Assembly: GCA_903834765.1 (NCBI GenBank)
Contig: CAILKE010000016.1
Coordinates: forward strand, 2,686 to 66,685
Direction: 5' to 3'
Source: an uncultured Bacteroidota bacterium
Lineage (GTDB): Bacteria; Bacteroidota; Bacteroidia; B-17B0; Aurantibacillaceae
DNA length: 64,000 bases
Shown here: piece after piece, positions 28,550 through 36,222 of the stretch
Layout of the letters: each line of letters starts with the position of its first letter
Position numbering within the stretch: the stretch's first letter is position 1
Program-made: the position numbers and the translations under genes
Notes under the pieces: generated by a model
Database searches by the model: none
What the model saw: only the letters and a program-made list of their open reading frames with translations
Told to the model about the DNA's origin: nothing

Positions 28550-31500
28550 TTTAAAGGAAGATATAAATAACATTCTTAGATTACGAACCAATGATTCAAT
28601 TGGTAAAGAATTGGCTGAACGCCAATTTGAAGTTATTATGAGATCATTTGAATACCTCAATAAGCCTGAAAACAATATTATTTACATTGCTGATGAAGTA
28701 GGATTAGGAAAAACATATATAGCCGCTGGTATAGCTATGTTATTTCGTCATTTTAGTTCAGACATTAATAATCATAAAGATTTAATTATTGTACCAAAGA
28801 AGAACTTGCAATTTAAATGGAAAAAAGAACTGAATAATTTTATAAAATTTAATTACGTTGTAGAAAGTGATTCAATAAAAAAATTAGATTTTGAAAGTTG
28901 TATTAAGGATAAATTATTTGGCGTAAAATCAGAGGATCCAATAACAATTTTCAGAATGACTTCCTTTAGTAGCATAACATCTTCTGCAACAAATGAGAGA
29001 GCAAAACATTACAATCATTTGGTATATGTAGTTTTTGAAGAAGATGAATATTGTGAGGAAATTTTACTCGAAGCGTGGAATTTGAAATATTTTGAAAAAG
29101 ATAATCAACATAAATTGAGAAAGTTAATTGCTTATTTATTTAATGTAATTTCTTCAAAAGTTGATTGTTTAATAATTGATGAAGCTCATAATTACAAATA
29201 TGGCATTGGAAATGATTTTCACGATTCATCAATTAGAAACGAAGTAACAGCAAGATTTTTAGGGGCAGTTGATGATAAATCAATAATTAATGATTTTTCT
29301 AAATATAATTTACGTGGTAAAATCAAATTCCCTCTAGCAAATAAGACAATTTGTTTATCAGCAACCCCAAAAGACAGAAATTTACTTGAAATTAGAAATC
29401 AATTAAATTGCTTTGCTAAAACACATGTACTATCTGATTGTAAAGAAAGTAATGATATTAAAGAAAAATTAAAATCGTTTTTAATAAGAGGTAATTTAGA
29501 ATACAATTTAACCTCACGTGAAATACCTTTTTCAAGAAATGAATGTAGAGAAGAACACAGAAAAGGTAACGTTAATAAAATTGGTGAGGCAAAAAGATTA
29601 ATTGTTGAAGATAATTTTGAAAGTGTGTTTTGGCAGCTTTTACAATATAAATCAATCAAACATTTAGATCAAAAAAACAATAAGTCATTTGAAATAGGAA
29701 TGCTTGCTGGCTTTGAAAGCTACCAATTAGACACAGATAAAGTAAGAGCTACTAATGATGAAGTTGAAAACGAATCGTATAGCGATGAAAGTAAAGAGTA
29801 CGAACAAACCTCAAGCAGGAAACATAAAGAAAGTCAGGATATAAATATTGTAAAAGACATAGTTGATTCATACGTTGAACGATTTAAAAAAGAACCTCCA
29901 CCGCATCCAAAACAAAGTAAACTTGAGGAAGAGATAGTTAATCAACTATCTAGGCAAGAAAAATCATTAATCTTTGTAAGAAGGGTTGCTACTGCTTACG
30001 AATTAGAAAAACGCTTAATTCATTTATACGAAAATAAAGTTATTAAGGATAAGCATTTAAAGTTCACAGGTAAATATTCAAAATTTAACAGTCAAAAACT
30101 GAATGATTTACTTTCTGAATTTGATGAAAAACATATTGCTGAAAAGCTTGATGATGTTTTTAGATTAATTGATAATCGTTTAAATGTTCAGCAAATAATA
30201 CATTATAAATTACCCGACGAGAGTTTTCATTTACCTATAAATTCTTTAACTCTGTTACATAGAACATATAGTAATCCCAAAAACTCTGTATTTAAAGATT
30301 ATATTAAAAAATTCATCATTAAGAATTCTAAAAATATACTCGATGATTCAAAAAGTTTGATTATCAGTTCAATCGAAAGTACCCTCATTGACTATCTAAA
30401 TGAAATCAATGAAAACGATGGGATTGAAATAGAAATCAATGAATTTGATAACGCTGGAGATGAAAACTTTAAATATTTTTTTAGCGACTATTTTAAGGAA
30501 AATAAAAATGGATTCTTTTTTAGAACCAAGATGTATAGAGAGAATTGGTTTGATTTTAATTTGTGCCTAATTAATCAGTACTTCGATTTATTTAAATACA
30601 ATTCGCAACTATTGAAAATTGATATTGATAAAATTACTTTTGACGATAAGAAAAAGAAACATCAAAAATTCAATGATTATCAAGATGCGTATAAAAAATT
30701 TATAATATCAAATATTATTGCTGGTTCAGCTCAAAATGAAACCCAAGCAATTGAGCAATTAACTATCAATACTTTTCTTACAGATATTTTAATTAATCAT
30801 TGTTTTGCAGAATTTTATAATTGGATTGAGAAACATAATAACTCAGAAGCAGCGAGAGTTTTTGAGGATTTACAATTACTAAATGTATTATTAAAATGTG
30901 TTTTCAGAACTGGCAGTGGCTTACTACCAGCATTTGTTGCTGATTCAAGCGAAGGTGATTTCTCAGCAAATTTAGTAGAGTTAATTACTTTGGTAGATTC
31001 TCCATTTTATTATATGTTAAATGAAATTAAAACCATAATAAATGATTTTGATTTAATTATTGCAGTGAATTTTCAGGACAAAGATGAACGCAAAATCATA
31101 AGTACATTCAAAAATTTATCGCCAATCATTGGCACTAGTGGTCAAGATAAAAGAGATAGAGGTATTTTAGCAAATCAATTTAGAATGCCAGGCTATCCCT
31201 ACGTATTGGTAACAACAGATATTTTTCGTGAAGGAGAAGATTTACATACCTATTGCCAAAATATTTACCATTACGGTATAGCATGGAATCCTAGTGATAT
31301 GGAACAAAGAACAGGTCGTATCGATAGAATTAATTCATTAAGTTATAGAAGACTAAATCAAACTAATGATGTTAGTTTTAATAATAAAATTCATGTCTTT
31401 TATCCTTATTTAACCCAATCCGTTGAAGTAAATCAAGTTGCTAAATTGCTTACCAACATGAATATTTTTATTGAAGACTTTAATGAAATTGATAAAACGA

Positions 31501-31613
31501 ATAGTTATGAATCAAGCGTAAATACTAATGAAGAAATAACCGAAAAAGATATGCCAGAAGCAATTAAAAAAAGATTAATATCAAAATATGATATTCACGA
31601 TTTTATGGTTTAG
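28542..31613 (+). CDS. SNF2/SF2-family helicase-like ATPase
   Basis: 'ADEVGLGKTYIAAG' (motif I), 'IIDEAHNYK' (II), 'LSATP' (III), 'LVTTDIFREGEDLH' (V), 'QRTGRIDRINS' (VI). 8-nt overlap with the PLD gene. Confidence 0.85.
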   Translation: MSNLKEDINNILRLRTNDSIGKELAERQFEVIMRSFEYLNKPENNIIYIADEVGLGKTYIAAGIAMLFRHFSSDINNHKDLIIVPKKNLQFKWKKELNNFIKFNYVVESDSIKKLDFESCIKDKLFGVKSEDPITIFRMTSFSSITSSATNERAKHYNHLVYVVFEEDEYCEEILLEAWNLKYFEKDNQHKLRKLIAYLFNVISSKVDCLIIDEAHNYKYGIGNDFHDSSIRNEVTARFLGAVDDKSIINDFSKYNLRGKIKFPLANKTICLSATPKDRNLLEIRNQLNCFAKTHVLSDCKESNDIKEKLKSFLIRGNLEYNLTSREIPFSRNECREEHRKGNVNKIGEAKRLIVEDNFESVFWQLLQYKSIKHLDQKNNKSFEIGMLAGFESYQLDTDKVRATNDEVENESYSDESKEYEQTSSRKHKESQDINIVKDIVDSYVERFKKEPPPHPKQSKLEEEIVNQLSRQEKSLIFVRRVATAYELEKRLIHLYENKVIKDKHLKFTGKYSKFNSQKLNDLLSEFDEKHIAEKLDDVFRLIDNRLNVQQIIHYKLPDESFHLPINSLTLLHRTYSNPKNSVFKDYIKKFIIKNSKNILDDSKSLIISSIESTLIDYLNEINENDGIEIEINEFDNAGDENFKYFFSDYFKENKNGFFFRTKMYRENWFDFNLCLINQYFDLFKYNSQLLKIDIDKITFDDKKKKHQKFNDYQDAYKKFIISNIIAGSAQNETQAIEQLTINTFLTDILINHCFAEFYNWIEKHNNSEAARVFEDLQLLNVLLKCVFRTGSGLLPAFVADSSEGDFSANLVELITLVDSPFYYMLNEIKTIINDFDLIIAVNFQDKDERKIISTFKNLSPIIGTSGQDKRDRGILANQFRMPGYPYVLVTTDIFREGEDLHTYCQNIYHYGIAWNPSDMEQRTGRIDRINSLSYRRLNQTNDVSFNNKIHVFYPYLTQSVEVNQVAKLLTNMNIFIEDFNEIDKTNSYESSVNTNEEITEKDMPEAIKKRLISKYDIHDFMV

Positions 31614-31641
31614 CACTATGTCGCTTCTTCATATTTTTTAT

Positions 31642-32106
31642 TTATTTCATCGTATTACTTTTATTTCCAATTAAATAATCACCGAAAAAATAGTTGCACA
31701 ATTCCGCGCGGATGACCTTAATTTTTAAATCATCATGCAAATGATCTATATCCTCAAACAATAAAGCTTCACTATCCTTTGTATTAAAAAGGTCTTTCAA
31801 CTTATTAATTTTACTAATGTAAAAAGAATCATTTTTGAATTTTTGATAAGCATTAGCACCTTTTATACTAATTGTTATTAGTTGGGGTTGGTTGGGAAAT
31901 TGGGACGGATTAATTTGTATTAATCCGTCAGCTACTAAATCATCAAATAGTTCATTTAATGTTATTGGGTCTGTCAATTGATTTTTTAAGACCTTTAATA
32001 TAGATTTTTCATCATATTGAATAATATCATTGTATTTCGCATGTTCCTCAAATAGGGTCTTAATTATTAGATAGGCGTCTACACTACTTTGTACTATAGT
32101 TCTCAT
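31642..32106 (-). CDS. Hypothetical protein
   Basis: 154-aa ORF downstream of and co-directional with the serine recombinase; no motif. Confidence 0.45.
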   Translation of the reverse strand: MRTIVQSSVDAYLIIKTLFEEHAKYNDIIQYDEKSILKVLKNQLTDPITLNELFDDLVADGLIQINPSQFPNQPQLITISIKGANAYQKFKNDSFYISKINKLKDLFNTKDSEALLFEDIDHLHDDLKIKVIRAELCNYFFGDYLIGNKSNTMK

Positions 32107-32179
32107 TGTTAATCTATTAAAATCCTTATGAAGATAATAATTATTCTTATATCTTTTGAAGTGATTAATACCCGCGCTT

Positions 32180-32881
32180 TTAATGGCTCAAAGGAGCAGT
32201 ATTATACTCGGTTAAAAGTTTCGTTAAACTATATCTTTGTACTAATCGTTTAACTTGTTGGGGTTTAAAGTCCATGCCATTTATAGTTTTAGTTTTTAAC
32301 TTATTTAATTCATTAGATATAGCTAAGTAGTTTACTTGTTTTGTTTTCAGTATTATATTTTCTATGGATAGTACAATGTTTTTATTTTTATAACTATAAA
32401 GCTTTTTAGTGGCATTTGCCCCTTCGCTTCTTCCTTTTGTGCTAAAATTTCTAGTGCCTATTTTAGTAAACTCCCAATTATTTTCAGCCCTTAATTTATC
32501 CATTGTTTGTTTTATACGGTTACGTGTTACCGTAACCTCATTTTCGTACACAACGCTTAATATCTGTAAAGTAAACCGATCTATATTTTGATTCTCAACA
32601 AAAATGATATTTATAGATGAATCATATATCTGTTGTATAGTTGAACTCTTGCGCCCTAAACGGTCAATTGATTTACAAATCAGAGTTGCATTATTCTTTT
32701 TACAATAATCAATTGCTCTTAACAATTCTTTTCTGTTATCTTTTCTGCCGCTTATTTGTTCAATAAATTTCTGTTCAATGATATATTTATTGAGAGCAAA
32801 AGATGTGATAATGTTTTCTTGAATTACAAGACTATTATCCTGTCGCTTAGTCGATGTTCTAATATATGCTACTGCTTTCAT
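32180..32881 (-). CDS. Small serine recombinase (resolvase/invertase family)
   Basis: 'AVAYIRTSTKRQ' (catalytic Ser region), 'LICKSIDRLGRK', 'E..R..IKQ'-like 'TVTRNRIKQTMD'. 233 aa with a C-terminal helix region. Confidence 0.85.
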   Translation of the reverse strand: MKAVAYIRTSTKRQDNSLVIQENIITSFALNKYIIEQKFIEQISGRKDNRKELLRAIDYCKKNNATLICKSIDRLGRKSSTIQQIYDSSINIIFVENQNIDRFTLQILSVVYENEVTVTRNRIKQTMDKLRAENNWEFTKIGTRNFSTKGRSEGANATKKLYSYKNKNIVLSIENIILKTKQVNYLAISNELNKLKTKTINGMDFKPQQVKRLVQRYSLTKLLTEYNTAPLSH

Positions 32882-32929
32882 GCTATAAATATTTATGATT
32901 TATAGCTAATGTACTAAAAGCTTTATATG

Positions 32930-32967
32930 CTTAACACAGCTAAGTCAACTGACTTAGCTGTGTTAAG
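32930..32967. promoter_or_regulatory. Perfect 18-bp inverted repeat (2-nt spacer) in the divergent promoter region of the serine recombinase
   Basis: cttaacacagctaagtca-ac-tgacttagctgtgttaag. Lies 49 nt upstream of the recombinase start and 34 nt upstream of the 33001 ORF. Confidence 0.6.
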
Positions 32968-33000
32968 AAAGGCCAGAATATACAATTCATTGCATTTAAA

Positions 33001-33714
33001 ATGGTTAACTTCGTAACTATGAATTGGGAAAGTAAATACGATGAATACGTTTTAAAGATGTCAGAAGAATATTTTGAAGAGAGATTTGAAATACGTCAGG
33101 ATGTCCCCTTTGAATTTGTTTACAAATACGAAAACATTAGAGAGTTTTTAAATGACAATAAAACAAACTTTTTGAATTTTATAGTATCTGATCCACTATC
33201 AGCCTTTCGAAATCTACAGTCACAATTACCAATTCTAGCAGAGCATTTAATATACTGTGCACATAAAGAGCAATCACTAAGTGAAAAAGACTTCTGTAAA
33301 TGCTTTCTGCGGATATACTTATATGCAGCAAAAGGGAAAACATTGTTTAAGCATTTAATTAGTTATTCAGAATTGGTTGAAATATTTAGTACCTATAATT
33401 TTAAATCTATTATGGATACTGATGAGAAAAAACAATTTGAAAAACTGCAAACAAGTGTGGCATTATTTCGAGGGTCAGCGGGAATTGATTTTGATGAAGC
33501 AAAGAAAGGTATTAGTTGGTCCTTAAATTATGATAGAGCAGAAGAATTTGCTCTGTATGATAGAGATTACTTTAATGCTAATTCTGCCATTGTTATTGAC
33601 GCAACTATCTCAAAGAAAGACATCCTAGTTTTTTCCAATCTACGAGGGGAATATGAAGTTATTATTAATCCTGATGAATTAAGAAATATACGTTTTAGAG
33701 ACCTAGGTCGTTGA
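33001..33714 (+). CDS. Hypothetical protein; weak R-S-E ADP-ribosyltransferase-like motif set
   Basis: 'LFRGS' (R157), 'ISWSLNYDRAEEFA' (S172-x-S174), 'GEYEVIINP' (E217-x-E219). The order fits the ART R/STS/ExE pattern, but the R-to-S spacing is short. Confidence 0.5.
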   Translation: MVNFVTMNWESKYDEYVLKMSEEYFEERFEIRQDVPFEFVYKYENIREFLNDNKTNFLNFIVSDPLSAFRNLQSQLPILAEHLIYCAHKEQSLSEKDFCKCFLRIYLYAAKGKTLFKHLISYSELVEIFSTYNFKSIMDTDEKKQFEKLQTSVALFRGSAGIDFDEAKKGISWSLNYDRAEEFALYDRDYFNANSAIVIDATISKKDILVFSNLRGEYEVIINPDELRNIRFRDLGR

Positions 33715-33808
33715 GCACAGTTAAGTAATTAATACGACAACACTTATTTTTAAATAACTATTGACATTTTACCTAGATTAACTATATTTAATTAAAACAA
33801 TAGATATT

Positions 33809-34576
33809 ATGAAAATTTCAAACGACATAAAAACAGAAATGGATGCATTAATTGCTAATAATATAGGATTTAACGAAATGTACCAAGAGCTCCAATTGAA
33901 GTATACTATTACGGTAGGTGAAATTACTCTAATAGGAGAAAGTCAGGGAACAATCCCTTGTTGGACTTGTAAGATAAACCAAAATGAAATTACGATAGAA
34001 TCTCCGCTAGCAAGCAGAGATATTGAGTCATTTGTTCATGAATTATTGCATGGTATTTTAGACTCAAAAGGCTTTTCTGAAACTAAAATTGTATTAAATT
34101 GGATCAACAAGCTGCCGCACCCTATCCCGTTTTTATTAGGGGAGCCCAATTTACTTGGCCACATTAATAATTCACTGGCACATGAAAAAATGTATCCGTA
34201 TTATGATGCGCATGGGTTTAATCCTGAAAATTTCGTACTTGATTATGCGCTTTGTCCGGTGCAAGATGCCTATATGGATTGTATAAATTCGGATTTTTAC
34301 AACGCTGGATTGCCCAACGATGCAATTGGTGTTTATATCGGTCAATTTATTGCATGTAGATATTGTTTGAACGATACTTTTTTACCGCAGATTAGAGAAT
34401 GTCTGAATACTCTTCATACTATTAATAATGATCTATATGATTTATGTGAAGAATTTTTAGTTGAATGGAGTACTATTCCTGAAAGGCATAATTTAGCACA
34501 TATCATAAGATTTGCCTATAAAGTTCGTGATTGGTATAATACTAATAAAGGCCTTTTTATAAATGGGATTTCGTAA
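33809..34576 (+). CDS. Hypothetical protein with HExxH motif (possible metallopeptidase)
   Basis: 'FVHELLHGILD' is the only recognisable motif. Confidence 0.45.
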   Translation: MKISNDIKTEMDALIANNIGFNEMYQELQLKYTITVGEITLIGESQGTIPCWTCKINQNEITIESPLASRDIESFVHELLHGILDSKGFSETKIVLNWINKLPHPIPFLLGEPNLLGHINNSLAHEKMYPYYDAHGFNPENFVLDYALCPVQDAYMDCINSDFYNAGLPNDAIGVYIGQFIACRYCLNDTFLPQIRECLNTLHTINNDLYDLCEEFLVEWSTIPERHNLAHIIRFAYKVRDWYNTNKGLFINGIS

Positions 34577-34645
34577 ATAATGAAAATTACCCCCATATAA
34601 TAGAACAAAATTTATCAGAGGTATATAAAGTAAAACTTAATACCA

Positions 34646-35971
34646 ATGATAAAATTCCTACCAAAAAACCTAGACTTAAAACATTTATTAGCCGAACACC
34701 CACCAGAGTTCAAATATCATATTGATCACTTTGTACATCTTTGTAGCTTATTGTATGAATTACCAGCAAAGAAGAAAGGTGCTCTAAATGAAGGAGGTTA
34801 TGTTTCTTTAAATGCTCACATGTTAAAGAAAGTAAATAACAATTATAAGAAGTATTTTAATTATTTAATTCAGCATGGTGTAATAGAATGTGATAATTCA
34901 TACATCGTTGGCAAGAAAAGTAAAAGTTACCGCTATGCCCCAAAATACCAGGATATAATACAACCTACTTATATTACTAAGTATACTTTAACTAAAAACT
35001 TAAAAGAAATACACAGGTTTAACAGAGACATGTATGCTAAATATAATTATTTGTATAAATGGTTTGATGATGGGCTATGTGTAGATTTTGAAAAAGCAGA
35101 ACAAAAGCTGATTGAACTATATCAAAAGAATAAAGAAGCAGGAGAGAAGAACGCCCTACATAAACTGAATGTTAATTTAGTAAACCTAATTAAGCTACAA
35201 AAGAAGGATTTCTATTTCACTGTAGATTCAACATCTAAAAGATTACATACCTTACTTACTAAAATAAAAAAGGATTTAAGAGAGTACATTACATTTGATA
35301 ATAAAAAGTTAAGTAATATCGACATACAATGTTCTCAACCAACATTATCATTGTGTTTATTAGAACCATCATTTTATAATACAGAATTAAAGCAGGAGCG
35401 TGTCACTATAAATTCTATAGACCCACAGCTAACAGATAAACTGCCGATACAAGCTATTACTAAATATGTAACAGCTAATCAAGATAAATTTGACAGCTAC
35501 CGTAAATTAGTGTTTGATGATTTATATGTCGGTATGGCTGAGATTTTAAAAAGTAAATCCGTTAATATTGCCACTGACAGAGATAGTTTAAAAGATATGA
35601 TGTATATGGTACTATACTCTAGTAATAAGTTTTTAAACGGCAACCAAGGACTACCTAAACGTATTTTTAAAGAACTGTTTCCTGAAGTGTACGAAGTATT
35701 TAAAATGTATAAATCAGCAGGACAAGAAAACCTACCAATACTACTACAAAAAATTGAAGCTGTATTGATATTAGAAAAGGCCGCTAAAACAATAGCAAAA
35801 GCTCAACCCGGCATGCCACTTTTTACAATCCACGATTCTATAGTCTGCCCGACTGATAAAACTGAATTTTGTAAAAATATTATTGTATCAGAAGCTATTA
35901 AGTATTTAGGTTTTGAGCCCAAACTTAAGATTGATCTGTGGGCTGAACCCACAGAGAAGAAGGGGGGTTAG
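34646..35971 (+). CDS. Compact family-A / T7-RNAP-like polymerase-fold protein (motifs A, B, C present; no exonuclease domain)
   Basis: 'SKRLHT' (cf. TGRLSS). Motif A 'NIDIQCSQPTL' (D226, nt 35321). 'DLYVGMAEIL' (cf. DIHTATA). Motif B 'RDSLKDMMYMVLYSS' (cf. RxxxKxxxxxxxYG). Motif C 'FTIHDSIV' (nt 35831..35839). Confidence 0.55.
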   Translation: MIKFLPKNLDLKHLLAEHPPEFKYHIDHFVHLCSLLYELPAKKKGALNEGGYVSLNAHMLKKVNNNYKKYFNYLIQHGVIECDNSYIVGKKSKSYRYAPKYQDIIQPTYITKYTLTKNLKEIHRFNRDMYAKYNYLYKWFDDGLCVDFEKAEQKLIELYQKNKEAGEKNALHKLNVNLVNLIKLQKKDFYFTVDSTSKRLHTLLTKIKKDLREYITFDNKKLSNIDIQCSQPTLSLCLLEPSFYNTELKQERVTINSIDPQLTDKLPIQAITKYVTANQDKFDSYRKLVFDDLYVGMAEILKSKSVNIATDRDSLKDMMYMVLYSSNKFLNGNQGLPKRIFKELFPEVYEVFKMYKSAGQENLPILLQKIEAVLILEKAAKTIAKAQPGMPLFTIHDSIVCPTDKTEFCKNIIVSEAIKYLGFEPKLKIDLWAEPTEKKGG

Positions 35972-36155
35972 GTGTTCTAAATATAATTTTCGGGGGTCAC
36001 ATGTGTGATACACTCTATTATATAATTTTGGGATTCAACACTGTTTGGTGTTATACCTTTAAAAATTCGTGGAATTCTCTTTTCTTTTCTACACTATGTG
36101 GGTAAATTATAAGGTTTTTAATAATTGCTACAACCCTTATACTAATCCCTAAAAT

Positions 36156-36216
36156 GTTCTCACCTTTTAACTTTTCTCTTGAATGTCCCATTGTTACTGA
36201 GAAGTTAAGGGTGAAA
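36156..36216. terminator. Long imperfect hairpin between convergent genes (probable bidirectional terminator)
   Basis: 'ttctcaccttttaacttttctc' ... 'gagaagttaagggtgaaaa' form imperfect complementary arms, immediately downstream of the PolA stop (36223). Confidence 0.4.
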
Positions 36217-36222
36217 ACATTT

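Noticed and set aside
32930-33730. Invertible segment containing ORF 33001..33714, flanked by the palindrome and a half-site-like sequence
   Set aside because: The right-hand match ('gcacagttaagtaa') is short and imperfect, so the evidence is insufficient. It is kept only as a note under the palindrome finding.
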